A stretch of DNA of 61,507 bases, filler included, from Stramenopiles sp. TOSAG23-3 (GCA_900128585.1; 22 parts of 22 records of this genome joined end to end with filler, not necessarily neighbours in it); one strand, 5' to 3'. Counted from the whole stretch's first letter, positions 11,377 through 22,478 are shown. Program-made: numbers and translations. The notes: generated by a model from the sequence alone, not told the origin.

Positions 11377-13569
11377 ATGCCTATGCCAAAGCCCCCCAAA
11401 TTGAAATCGCCCAGCGATGTCGCGGAGTCGGGGGATCCGTACTCGTGTCAGCGGACTGGCATATACTTTTGCACTCACAAAGGGTTTAACAATTGGTACG
11501 GGGAGCACATGGCTAAGTTTTTTGGAGAACCCGTCCTGCAGTTCCGGCGAAAAAAGAAGAAGTCCCTGGACGTGGAAAGCAGTGTGAAGGATATCATCGC
11601 CGCGTCAGCAAAACCAACGAAACGGTTGGGCTCTAGCGAAAGCCAAGGCAGGCTGGGGCGCTCCAAATCAAGATCAGACTCTCGCGGTAGAAAAGAGGCG
11701 GCCCAGGTTCCAAGAAGCAAGTCTCCCACGAAGAAAGGAAACAGAAACATCTCCTCTGCACCAGCGTCTCGCCTTGTGGGGAAGACGAAGAAGAAGAACC
11801 CTGGCTTGACAGAAAACAACAAGAAGAAGACCCAGCCCCCGCCCCCGCAACAGGCGGGCGCAAAGGCGGCGAACCGGATGGTGCAGACGTACCCGCAAAA
11901 AAGGGTGCACTCTGCAAATGCAGCGGGAAACGTGAGCAGCAGTCGAAATACGAAGGGGAAAAAGAAAAAATTGCTCCAGCGGGCGACCAAAGAGTTCTTG
12001 CCCGAGAAAAAAGTAGCTGCTAAACAAAGCGCCAAGCCAGCCAGCGCCGCGACGTCGGGGAAGCTGTTCAACTCCACCGACAACGCCATGGAGGTCTTAA
12101 AAAACTACGTTAATCAAAACGGGGATGGCGATTTAGAAAACTTAATGGAGAGTGTCGATAAAAGGGAGGTTTCCGCGGCGGTCCTCACACTGACGAACAA
12201 ATCCGCCTCGCCAGAGGTCGCGGTGCGATTGGCCCAAGCGGGTGTGGTACGGAAAGTCATAAAGCTGATGAAGCTGGAACTCTGCGGTCCGTGGGCCCTT
12301 CACGCGCTGCTTTGTATGAACAACTTGAGCGCGTTCCTGCTGCGTTCTAAAACGGCGAGAACGAAGTACTTTAGCCAGCCGATCATGGCCAGCCTGTTAA
12401 AGCATGTAGGGATGACCGTCGTGGCAATTGTGCTTGAAGCAAGTGGGAGGGACGAGGAATCGGCCGTCGCCTTGGCAAAGGCAGCGGTGCAGCTGATCAC
12501 GACCATTGCCCAAGCCAGCGCGGACGACACCGAAATGTCGGAATTGTTTCGGACCCATGGCGGCTTGCACATTCTGCTCCTTTTGTCGTACAATAAAAAC
12601 ATGAAGGAAGTGGGGAAAATGGCAAGAATTCTGCTGGGAAGGTTCAAAAACACGGAAATGGCGGCGCTCAAAGGCTCGGCCAATGTGCTCGGCAACGGCA
12701 ACGACCTGATCTCTAAAATTTTTCATGAAAACTTGGATAAAGAATTAGAAAAAAGGGAGAGTCTGAAGAGTCACCAGACGAGCGCGTTCAAACGGCAGCG
12801 TGGGGAAGCGCTCAAGGCCCACAATCTAGTAGAAGAACGGAGGAAAAAGAACCTCGAGTTTCTTAAGAGTCAAGACGAAAAGTCGAGGGAGCTCCGAGAG
12901 AAGATAATGAAACGCATGGAATCGGTCAATGAGAAAAAGCGGGTAGAAGATGAGGCCGAGCGGGAGAGAATCGCCCTCAAGGTGAAGCAGCGACGAGAGG
13001 CGTTGGTGGAGAAACGCAAAGAAATGGACTGCCTAATGCAGGAAAAGGAAGCGCGGGAAAAAGAGGAACGAAAGCGGAAAGCAAAGGAACAATCCCGGGT
13101 TGCACGAGAGAAGGAAGTACTGAACGAGGACAAAGTGAAAATGTGGCTCGAGTCCAAACGAAACGAAAAGAAAAAAAGGTATCAGGACGAAATAAGCAGG
13201 CAAAAGTCTGAGCATGAACAAAATTTGAAATCGTTGCAACAGATGAGAAAGCAAATGGATGACGTCCTCGCCCGAGCCCGGCAACCAAGATCGCCAAGAC
13301 GGCACAAAACCATATCCAGGCGGGCAGGCTCCAGGTCGCCAAGGTCAAACAGCAGGATTGCAAAGAAAGGCCTGAAACTTTTAGAAGGTGGAATCAGCCC
13401 GCCCAGAATTAACGGTAAAAACTTTTTCCCGCCGTTGAGTCTTGTCGGCTCCTCGCTGAAGGACAGCAAGTCAGTATCGTCGTCCGTAGAAAACTTTGAT
13501 CCGACGAATATCATGAGGTCTCCCCCATCTCCGATACGCGTCAAGCCACCAAGCCCGGCACGCTTCTAA
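11377..13569 (+). CDS. Hypothetical protein: basic low-complexity N-terminus, ARM-like helical middle, coiled-coil C-terminus
   Basis: 730-aa ORF with ARM-like segments (LAQAGVVRKVIKLM, FRTHGGLHILLLL) and a long E/K/R-rich coiled coil. Confidence 0.8.
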   Translation: MPMPKPPKLKSPSDVAESGDPYSCQRTGIYFCTHKGFNNWYGEHMAKFFGEPVLQFRRKKKKSLDVESSVKDIIAASAKPTKRLGSSESQGRLGRSKSRSDSRGRKEAAQVPRSKSPTKKGNRNISSAPASRLVGKTKKKNPGLTENNKKKTQPPPPQQAGAKAANRMVQTYPQKRVHSANAAGNVSSSRNTKGKKKKLLQRATKEFLPEKKVAAKQSAKPASAATSGKLFNSTDNAMEVLKNYVNQNGDGDLENLMESVDKREVSAAVLTLTNKSASPEVAVRLAQAGVVRKVIKLMKLELCGPWALHALLCMNNLSAFLLRSKTARTKYFSQPIMASLLKHVGMTVVAIVLEASGRDEESAVALAKAAVQLITTIAQASADDTEMSELFRTHGGLHILLLLSYNKNMKEVGKMARILLGRFKNTEMAALKGSANVLGNGNDLISKIFHENLDKELEKRESLKSHQTSAFKRQRGEALKAHNLVEERRKKNLEFLKSQDEKSRELREKIMKRMESVNEKKRVEDEAERERIALKVKQRREALVEKRKEMDCLMQEKEAREKEERKRKAKEQSRVAREKEVLNEDKVKMWLESKRNEKKKRYQDEISRQKSEHEQNLKSLQQMRKQMDDVLARARQPRSPRRHKTISRRAGSRSPRSNSRIAKKGLKLLEGGISPPRINGKNFFPPLSLVGSSLKDSKSVSSSVENFDPTNIMRSPPSPIRVKPPSPARF

Positions 13570-13738
13570 AACGGTTAGATTTGGGGAGATGGTAATGAAG
13601 AAAAGAAGAATCATTTTTTATCGAAAAACTATTCTAAGAATTAATAAAAACACGTTTTTATATTTTTTCAAGCACATTGTATTGTACACTAATCTTAACT
13701 TGGTTCTACAAAGGGGGTTCTGTCTCTCTCGCGCCCGC

Positions 13739-13958
13739 TTAAATGTTTACGATGGGGGCTTCCTTTGACTTTCCCAGGGTAAGGCTTTGAAGCCACCAAC
13801 TACCAAGAAGTCGCTCAAATGGGGCTCTTAGGGGTTTGTTCTTCTTCAACTGATGCATGAAGCGAATACGGTAGTGTCCAGCAGCATTTTTCCCCGTCAC
13901 GACGCCTTCGTCGCCGGCATACGGCCCAGAAGTCAATTTCACCCTGGCCCCTTCTCTC
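13739..13958 (-). CDS. C-terminal fragment with a KOW-like motif
   Basis: GARVKLTSGPYAGDEGVVTG matches the KOW consensus. The frame is open to the contig end. Confidence 0.55.
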
Positions 13959-14058
13959 NNNNNNNNNNNNNNNNNNNNNNNNNNNNNNNNNNNNNNNNNN
14001 NNTTAATTAATTAANNNNNNNNNNNNNNNNNNNNNNNNNNNNNNNNNNNNNNNNNNNN

Positions 14059-14137
14059 GACTTTCTTTTTCAATAAGGTATTAATTATGCCTTCTTCATC
14101 TCTCTTCTTCTCTCTCTTTTGCTCTTCTTTTTTTTTA
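14059..14137. repeat. Left arm of a perfect 79-bp inverted repeat at the contig termini
   Basis: Exact reverse complement of 16688-16766. Confidence 0.93.
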
Positions 14138-14426
14138 CAACAACAACTCCATCATATCCTCCCCCTCCACACTTCGTTCGTTCGCTCGCTCGCTCGTCGT
14201 CGCGTCTTCCTTCAAACTAGAATATCTGCATGACCCCTATCCTGGAGAATGCGTAGGTGGGTTTCAATAGATAGAGAAAGGGTGGTATTTAGCTTCCAAT
14301 TCTGCAATTCCATTTTCACGCTTTCGTGCTGTTTGTGGCCATAATCACAGAAGGTTAATATATTCACCTTATTAATAGGTAACCAGTGGCAATAACGCGT
14401 TCGTGGCGACCGGGCAGTAATAGAAG

Positions 14427-16370
14427 ATGCCACTCCAAGTCAAGTACAAAGGCACCTGGCAAGTGCGGGAAGCAGAACGGCAAAAAGAGAGAGACAAGCT
14501 GCAACGCATCGAAAATTCTAGGAAAAACATCGTCTACCGACAGTCTTATTCGACCTCGAATTTAAATCCTATTCGAAGGATGAAAAGTTACAATGCGAAA
14601 TTGGAGCAACAGTTTAGAAGCGGTCTACTTACGCATTTAAAGAGGCTGTCCAAGAAGAAAGAAGGCACGATAAGCACAGAGGAGCTTGCTTCTGGTTTTC
14701 AAGTCTTAGGTCATGGTGTAAGCCCCACAGAACTAAACACCATTATATCTACTTGCAAATTTCAAGAACGGAGCAGAATCAGGGCCGAGAGAAGGGTTAA
14801 AACGTACGGGAGACGGCTCAAGCAAAAGCCAACTATGCTAGACGACAAAACCCTTGCTGTTAAGGATCTGCAGGCAACGCTTGAAGTCCCAGAGTCGTTG
14901 CGGAATAATTTTGGCAAGCTTTGGGCGGACAGGGAGGCGGCAATGAACAAGCGCACCGCCCCGTTTGACATGAGGCGCAACCACATGATGGAAAAATACG
15001 TTAAACTAAGCAACGATAACATCAATAAATTTTTGACAGGCAATCTGCTTCCCACAGAAAATAGTAACGCAGGCACCAGTAATAACAATGCGGAGGACCG
15101 GGAAAGCGAGGAGAAAGTGGAAAAAAAAGACTTGAACTGCGACTTCGACTCCGCATTTCAGTTTAACACAGTCCAGAGTGGAGACCAGAGCGCGTCCGTT
15201 AAGGCGCAAGACGCCATAGAGCACAAAAAAAAGATCCGTTCAATGAAAGAGGAAATTATACGGAAGACAAGAGATGCCTTCAAACAGAAGTTTTTTGTCG
15301 AAGGAACGGCCGGGGCGCTGTTGGATTTGTTTCGTAAGTATGACATTGATGGGAGCGGCGCCTTGTCAAAGTTTGAATTTGCGCAAGTGCTAAAGTACCT
15401 CAAAATAGAACTGTCCCGCGATGAGTTAGACGCTTTAATGTCTGCGTTTGATGACGATGGTTCAGGGGAAATCGAGTACAAAGAGTTTGCCCGAGCCATG
15501 GCAAAGGCACCCAAACTGTCCAGTGGGACAAAGTTGCACAAGTATGGCATGCAATTGATATTTGGAGAAGCAACTTATGCCAGGGAAACAAACCGCCTCA
15601 AGAAATTGCAGCGAGACCAGGCTAGGGAAATGTTCCGCCCCATTGACATGGAGCACGCTGCCCTTGCCTTACAACTCTCCGTAAAGACACGAGGCCTAGA
15701 CGCTCAGACGCTCGTTAATTTCTTTCTGAAGCACGACAGTGACGGAAGCGGAGACTTGGACGCCGAAGAGTTTAAGCACGCACTAAACATTGACCTGAAG
15801 CTGGGACTGAGCGAGCAACATTTGGAAGCATTGGTAACGTTGCTGGACCGGAACAACGATGGGGAAATATCTTACAACGAGCTAAGTGAGATGCTTACCC
15901 CGTTCACGAAGAAACACCCCATCAAACCTAATCTATCCAAGTCAGATATTGACTCGCACCCATACCTCCGGCAGCGAACATGGTATGGGCCAAAATTTCA
16001 TTCCATCATAAAGTTAAGCAAGACCGGAGAATCTCACCGCTCATACGGCTATCTCCCGAATCTGACATGCAAGCGACCGCCAGAGAAACGTCGCGAAAAT
16101 CACGAAAAAATGCGCGACACGATCCATTCAAAAGCTATCAAATCGGTCCCGCCCCAGCAGTTTTTTTCAGGATTTTTGGGCACCAAATCTTTGAGGGACA
16201 AATCAGCGCAAACGCTACGAATGAAAGAGACAACGCGAAAGCAACACGCAGCCAACATGCAGAGAAAGCATGTTTCATCGGCTCCTATTTTGGGTTTGGA
16301 GAGCATTGGAGATGAATACAGAGAATTGCTACGAAGTCGTCCGAATACAAGCATGGGAGGAATTCAATGA
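14427..16370 (+). CDS. Multi-EF-hand calcium-binding protein
   Basis: Four canonical EF loops: DIDGSGALSKFE, DDDGSGEIEYKE, DSDGSGDLDAEE, DRNNDGEISYNE. Confidence 0.9.
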   Translation: MPLQVKYKGTWQVREAERQKERDKLQRIENSRKNIVYRQSYSTSNLNPIRRMKSYNAKLEQQFRSGLLTHLKRLSKKKEGTISTEELASGFQVLGHGVSPTELNTIISTCKFQERSRIRAERRVKTYGRRLKQKPTMLDDKTLAVKDLQATLEVPESLRNNFGKLWADREAAMNKRTAPFDMRRNHMMEKYVKLSNDNINKFLTGNLLPTENSNAGTSNNNAEDRESEEKVEKKDLNCDFDSAFQFNTVQSGDQSASVKAQDAIEHKKKIRSMKEEIIRKTRDAFKQKFFVEGTAGALLDLFRKYDIDGSGALSKFEFAQVLKYLKIELSRDELDALMSAFDDDGSGEIEYKEFARAMAKAPKLSSGTKLHKYGMQLIFGEATYARETNRLKKLQRDQAREMFRPIDMEHAALALQLSVKTRGLDAQTLVNFFLKHDSDGSGDLDAEEFKHALNIDLKLGLSEQHLEALVTLLDRNNDGEISYNELSEMLTPFTKKHPIKPNLSKSDIDSHPYLRQRTWYGPKFHSIIKLSKTGESHRSYGYLPNLTCKRPPEKRRENHEKMRDTIHSKAIKSVPPQQFFSGFLGTKSLRDKSAQTLRMKETTRKQHAANMQRKHVSSAPILGLESIGDEYRELLRSRPNTSMGGIQ

Positions 16371-16687
16371 GACGTGAGGAACCTCACACCGCATCCCAGT
16401 TTTTTGTCTGTCACTTACGTAAATGAGTTGAGTGTTGTGTCCATCAAAAAAAAACGTTTCTATATAAGTTACTATATATAATTGTATACTAAATTTTGAT
16501 AGTAGACGACTATCAAGTCCATCAAAAATCAAAATAATAAAATAACAACGAAGTACCAGTATAAGGACAGAGCCAGAGGCCAGAAGAGAAGAAGAGAAGA
16601 AGAAAGAAAAAGAGAATCCACATCCATTCATCAAGAAAAAAAAAGAAAGAAGAAGAGAAGAAGAAGAAGAGAGAGAACAGAGACTAC

Positions 16688-16766
16688 TAAAAAAAAAGAA
16701 GAGCAAAAGAGAGAGAAGAAGAGAGATGAAGAAGGCATAATTAATACCTTATTGAAAAAGAAAGTC
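16688..16766. repeat. Right arm of the perfect 79-bp inverted repeat
   Basis: Exact reverse complement of 14059-14137. Confidence 0.93.
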
Positions 16767-17089
16767 NNNNNNNNNNNNNNNNNNNNNNNNNNNNNNNNNN
16801 NNNNNNNNNNTTAATTAATTAANNNNNNNNNNNNNNNNNNNNNNNNNNNNNNNNNNNNNNNNNNNNCAGTTCATGAAGGAATGTAAACCTAGAATGTCTA
16901 AATCTAGATTTCAGTTCGCAGTACATTAATTTTAATTACTTAAAAATAACAGCCAATTTTCTTGTTTTTTTTTTTAGTGAACAAAAATTTTTACACAAGG
17001 GATATATTTGAACATCTCTCTCATTAAAAAAAAACTATTTCGACACACACACGACGACGCCCCTCGCTTTGCAAAGCCGACAGGGCCCC

Positions 17090-18559
17090 TTACAGCCGCA
17101 TTGTCATTGGTGGGGCATTCAGATGCGGGGATCCAACGAACTGCTGTTGGTTGACTTGGCCGACAGGTGCATAGGCAAATGGAACGCCTGGCGCGCCCCT
17201 GGTTCCAAAGGCGGCCCCGCCGTTGGGAACCATACTGTTCTGAACGGAGGGTTGACCCATGCCTTGCGGAAGTCCCTGTGGCATGGCGTTCACGTTGTTC
17301 CCCGCCTCGTGCCTGTTCCACGGCGGCGCCAGCCACGGCGGCGGCTTGTGCGGATCGTAGTATTCAAACGTCATCATCCCTGGGCTGCCAGCCTGGGCAC
17401 GTTGGGCAACTTGCTGCGCTTGTTGCGCCTGGGCACGCTGCGTCGAAAAACGGGGGATAAGGGAGGCCCGGTTTGTATTGATTGCGGCCGCGTCTAACAT
17501 TTTGGTATGTGTCGGCGTCGCTTTGGCTTTGGGCTTCTCGGCATACTTCTTGTAGAAGGCGTTGGCCGCTGCAGGCGCCAGCTTCGTCGGGGCCTTTTGG
17601 GCCTCGCTCGTCTCCTTGGCGGTGTTCGAAGCCGGCGCCGCCCCTTTCTTGGCCAACTTCTTGGCCAGCTTATTGAAGGCGGCGAACCTTTCCTTCTGGT
17701 CCTTGGACGGGGGGCTTCGCTGCACCTTCACCAAGGCCGCGCTGGTCGAGCGAAACCGTGGGGCCGCCATGGACTTTGCAAGCTTGTTGAAAGCGGCGAA
17801 GCGCTCCTTTTTGGAAGGCGCGGCGGCGGCGGCGGCGTGGGCCTTGGGCTTGGCGGTGCTCGCTTCTTTGAGCCTTGGGGCGGCGACGACGTCCAGGTGG
17901 GCGTTCTCGCGCTCGACCTGCCGCTGCTGCAGCTTCTTCGCCACTTCGTTGAACTTTGCAAACCTGTCCTTCAAGCTCTTGCCCTCTACTGTTTTGGTGG
18001 ACACCGCTACTTTCTTGAGGCCAGACACCTCGAGCTTCGGGGCGGCCTTGCCGGCCTGGGCTTCCAGGCTCTTGAACTTGGGGTAGTGTTCGTTCGGGCC
18101 GGCCGGCCGTATCTGACTGGGTGCGGTTGCCTTGAAGCTGGCGCCCGCGCCCCCCCCCCCCATGTTTGGCCCTCCGGCCGGCGGCTTTACGGCGCTGAAC
18201 TGGGCCGATGGCGCCGGCGGCGGCGGTGGGAGGGGCGGCGGTGGAGACGGCGGCGGCGGCGGGGGGGGGGGGTAGAACCTCCCTGCCCCTTGGAAACCTT
18301 GGGCCGGCGGCGGCGGGGGCGCCATGGGCTTGGGGGCCGCTGGCAAGGGAACGTCCGACATGCCGGGGGCACTGGCCCACGGCGGCTGCAAGTACTGCGG
18401 TGGGTTGGCCTCGTCGTACTTGTCGTACCACGGGGCCCTGCCCCTCAGGGCCGCCCCCCCTACCTCTGCGAAAAAAAGACTACTAACAAACAAGACAAGG
18501 GCAAGCATCGACTGGACGGGTGGAAAAAACGTCCGGGGAAGCTGCTGCCGGGTTGCCAT
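17090..18559 (-). CDS. Secreted Pro/Ala/Lys-rich protein with internal repeated motifs
   Basis: Signal-peptide-like MLALVLFVSSLFFAEVGG, a poly-Pro tract, three K(D/E)RFA(A/K)FNxxAK motifs and two YDxxxPPxxLxPPW motifs. Confidence 0.8.
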   Translation of the reverse strand: MATRQQLPRTFFPPVQSMLALVLFVSSLFFAEVGGAALRGRAPWYDKYDEANPPQYLQPPWASAPGMSDVPLPAAPKPMAPPPPPAQGFQGAGRFYPPPPPPPPSPPPPLPPPPPAPSAQFSAVKPPAGGPNMGGGGAGASFKATAPSQIRPAGPNEHYPKFKSLEAQAGKAAPKLEVSGLKKVAVSTKTVEGKSLKDRFAKFNEVAKKLQQRQVERENAHLDVVAAPRLKEASTAKPKAHAAAAAAPSKKERFAAFNKLAKSMAAPRFRSTSAALVKVQRSPPSKDQKERFAAFNKLAKKLAKKGAAPASNTAKETSEAQKAPTKLAPAAANAFYKKYAEKPKAKATPTHTKMLDAAAINTNRASLIPRFSTQRAQAQQAQQVAQRAQAGSPGMMTFEYYDPHKPPPWLAPPWNRHEAGNNVNAMPQGLPQGMGQPSVQNSMVPNGGAAFGTRGAPGVPFAYAPVGQVNQQQFVGSPHLNAPPMTMRL

Positions 18560-19494
18560 GGTCGACGGTTTCTATGCAACTAATAACCAACCTCTACTTC
18601 GTATGTGCCACGTCAGCAAAAAGGAAGTGGAAAGTAACTAAACGAAAAACGCGCAACACACACACGCACACGCAAGAGAAACAAATTAAACAGTATTCTT
18701 AATCAATCATTAAATAATTCATTGGATTACATTTTCTGTTGTTGTGTTTTCTTGTACACCAATTTAATCCAACACTAACACTAGATTGAGTAACTAAACT
18801 ATTATTTATGCTACTACAAATCTCTTTTTCATTCACCTTTCTTTCTTTCTTTCTTTCTATAAATTATTAGTATTCTAAACATTTTAATATACCTATATAA
18901 ACTAACTCCCCCTTTTATCAAATGAAGGAAAACCATCCTTCCTCATTTTAATAACTTAAACTCTTACCTATCTACCTATTGTATTAATCTAAACTATAGT
19001 TAAAAAAGGTAAAATTGGTAGTCTTTGATAGGGATGGTCTGGAAAGAGACAAAGATCGATCAGCCATTGTTTTATTTAAGCCTATTTATATGTAAAGATG
19101 TAAGAGTATTAGAATACCATAGTTGAGTAGTTTTACTTTTTATTTATTACTATTTTACGTAGTTTTATATAGTATAGACTATAATGATGTACTGATACTA
19201 TTGTTTATTTAAGATATAATATATAAAATACATTATTTAATCTGTTTCAACGGTTCAACGAAGAAAAATAAAATATTATACTTCGTTTGGTCGTCTAGAC
19301 TATTCTATGACCTACTTATTGTATTTTAAAATACCTATTTAATTAATAATAGAGATATTTTACCAATTATTCTTATGTATAACTATTAATAAATATTATA
19401 AATACAATAGTAGTATAGTAATGTACACTACTATAGTATCTATTTAAATGGGAATTTAAAATAGAAATTAATTTATAGCACAGGTATGGCTTCG

Positions 19495-19573
19495 CTTCTT
19501 TCTTCTTTCTTCTTTCTTCTTTCTTCTTTCTTCTTTCTTCTTTCTTCTTTCTTCTTTCTTCTTTCTTCTTTCT
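19495..19573. repeat. (TTC/TTTC)n microsatellite
   Basis: Directly visible. The next contig also starts with (TTTC)n at 19674-19750. Confidence 0.9.
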
Positions 19574-19673
19574 NNNNNNNNNNNNNNNNNNNNNNNNNNN
19601 NNNNNNNNNNNNNNNNNTTAATTAATTAANNNNNNNNNNNNNNNNNNNNNNNNNNNNNNNNNNNNNNNNNNNN

Positions 19674-19745
<72 letters not shown>

Positions 19746-19978
19746 TTCTTCTACCACCGACCAACCAATATTAATAATAATGAAAAAAGAAAAAAAAAAC
19801 GAAGACACTACTACTATAAATCCAATTATTACCTCAACTACTACTACTGTATGATCATTTCAATTACGACATAAACAAAAAAAGAATCAATGCAACATCC
19901 GGAGTAAACAATTGAATTAAACGATTGGTAATAGGTGATATCACAGTGTTTATACCGGACACGCACCACCACTTAGGA

Positions 19979-20359
19979 ATGGCGGGCTTGGCTGCGAGGA
20001 CGATGACGACGACGACGGCCCTGACGGCGGTGGGCCCGACAAGCCGAAAAGTAGTCGGGACCGTTCGAGGGGAAACGACGGAAGTCCTGCACATAGAGTA
20101 CAGCAACCGAGACTTTGTGGTCATAACTCAGGTTGGTAAGATTGGGACGGTCTTTGACGTTCAACGGAAAGCCTTTTCCGCCCGCGCCGTGTTCGGGCAG
20201 CGCGGTTCGGACATTATGCACATATACGTCCGAATGGTGGCCTCGCTGGTGGCCCCGACCTCGCAGAAGCCATTGACCGTCTGCTTGGCGATAAAATCGC
20301 CGTCCATGGACGACGGCGATGACCTGCGGGCGTTGCTGAACAGGCTGGGCTCGAAATAG
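19979..20359 (+). CDS. PSMG3: Proteasome assembly chaperone 3 (PAC3)
   Basis: TEVLHIEYSNRDFVVITQVGKIGTV...VFGQR...LTVCLAIK matches the PAC3 family. About 126 aa. Confidence 0.8.
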   Translation: MAGLAARTMTTTTALTAVGPTSRKVVGTVRGETTEVLHIEYSNRDFVVITQVGKIGTVFDVQRKAFSARAVFGQRGSDIMHIYVRMVASLVAPTSQKPLTVCLAIKSPSMDDGDDLRALLNRLGSK

Positions 20360-20867
20360 TAAGTCTCTCTCGCACCCCCCGCTTTCTCTTTCTCTTCCCC
20401 ACCGCACGCTATGTCAAATTCTCCACGGTGCTGACCATCACCGCTGTGAAGCCGAATGCATGCAAGAAGGACGCCATTTTCAATTCTGACGATCTCTCCG
20501 TTTTTTTAACGAAGAATGGATGACGGACGACGGAGCCGAAATTGGATTCATTGATTTCAGGGCGATGGTCTGAAAGTAACCGATCATTGCGATGTAAAGA
20601 TGAGAACATTTTTCGCAACCAACCCTGCGACCCTTTCCTTTGTTCCCCACGTCCAGCGATCGTTAGAGTTAACAACGACTAACCAGATGACTTCCCCATG
20701 CGCGCGCGGCGTTCTTTTTTATTTGTTTTTAATTGGTTTTTGTAGACAGCTGAGTTCGGTTCCGGCCAAGACCCGAGAGTGTATATATATTTCTATTTAT
20801 AAATTGTGTAAAAATTAAATGGTGTGTCATGATTATTATTATTGCTGTTGAATTTATTACAAACTCC

Positions 20868-21200
20868 CTAGTACACGTGCACGATCCCATAGAACATCGT
20901 CCAGAAGAGCAAGTGCCCCATCAGCTGGCTCATGATGTTGTCGAACACAAAGGTCCAGGGCTTCTGCCCTGGAATGTACTGCGACGGGTCGCACTTCATC
21001 TTGACCAAAAGCGCCATGGACGTGATGGCGTAGAAACCTATAAACGCAAAGAAACCGTTGAACGCGGTTATTCCTAGTATCCCCGTCGCACACCCGCTCA
21101 CAACCCCCATCAGGGTCCTCACCCAGTCAACGGCCTGCGCGTTCGACATAATCCTTCCCTGGTCGTAGAACTCCATGGACTCGTTGTCATCGTTCCCCAT
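20868..21200 (-). CDS. EMC6: ER membrane protein complex subunit 6
   Basis: 110 aa with N..AVDWVRTLMGVVSGCATGILG...GF and the C-terminal LLFWTMFYGIVHVY signature. Confidence 0.9.
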   Translation of the reverse strand: MGNDDNESMEFYDQGRIMSNAQAVDWVRTLMGVVSGCATGILGITAFNGFFAFIGFYAITSMALLVKMKCDPSQYIPGQKPWTFVFDNIMSQLMGHLLFWTMFYGIVHVY

Positions 21201-21909
21201 GGTTCGATCGAGAGAGAGGTGGGGGGGGGAGAAAACAGCAGTACAAGAAAAAAACACACACAGGCGGGCAGAGAGAGAGACACACACAAGCAACGAAGAA
21301 TCCTACATTCTGTTCTGTTTGCAGAAACAATTGACAAAATGCCAATCGTTTCGCTTCGTGTGTATCACTTGAAATACATACATTTGGAGTTATTATTAAA
21401 TATGGAATAAGAAAATAATAATACGGATGGACGGAGGAGGAGGAAGAGGAAGACAAAGATCCCGAGATGAATAAATACTATCAAATACAAGTACCATATA
21501 TTATATTCTAAATTTATTATAACATTTTTCATTTTTTCTTCAATCAATAAAATATTTTATTCCAGTCTCTATCTCTAAAAAACTCTAAAAAACTCTAAAT
21601 CTATATTTTATTAATCGAAATTAAACTGGACCGGCTCGGCGGTCGGCGTTACACCGGATGGGTGTCTCGGGAGGTCGGTTTGTGTTTGTTTGGTCTTCCC
21701 TTCTTCTTCTGTCTTCTGGGCGTCCAAAACACAAGCCCAACCAACCCCAAACCCCCGTATGTTGAAGTACATAACAATAGCATTCAATTTTCATCATCAA
21801 ATTTTTAACACTCCATTCCCTATGCTATGTACCTTCTATGCAACAGGGGCAACGAAAAAAACAAAACAAAAGAAAACATGTCGATATTATATTTTTATAT
21901 GTGTATCTT

Positions 21910-22378
21910 TCAAATGTCATTCTCCACCACCACATCCCACTGCAGAATCTCCCTTCCCGTCCCTCCCAAACTGAACAGTTTTGACCCGTCGGCGTTGAAC
22001 CTGACCCCAGTGGCCCGCAACGAATGGCCCCGGTGCTCCACCGCGGCGCCACCTGTCTCCCCCACGCAGGGCGACCGTACGAGCCAGACCTTTCCAAAAT
22101 CGTCGGCCATTGCAATGGTCCCTTCGTACATGTTTCGAGCGGTCCGACTCTTCAAGAAGTCCATCGCTCGGACGTCCCCGTACTCGGCCCCTGAGCCAAC
22201 CCGCCGCCACATGTCGCTGCTGGACCATCGGAGCGGGCAGGTCTGCGTGGCCCACAGGATCTTCCGCACGGCCTCCTTCGAATCGATCGGCGCGCCGCCG
22301 TTGCTGCCGAGCCCCCAGTACCGCACGTGGCCGGCCTGGTCGTTCGTTCGCAGCGCTTTCCCGTCAAAGGAAAAGTCG
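21910..22378 (-). CDS. EML (echinoderm microtubule-associated protein-like) WD40 C-terminal fragment
   Basis: WATQTCPLRW, ADDFGKVWLVRSPC and HRGHS...VRFNADGSKLFSLGG...ILQW are EML C-terminal motifs. Confidence 0.8.
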
Positions 22379-22478
22379 NNNNNNNNNNNNNNNNNNNNNN
22401 NNNNNNNNNNNNNNNNNNNNNNTTAATTAATTAANNNNNNNNNNNNNNNNNNNNNNNNNNNNNNNNNNNNNNNNNNNN

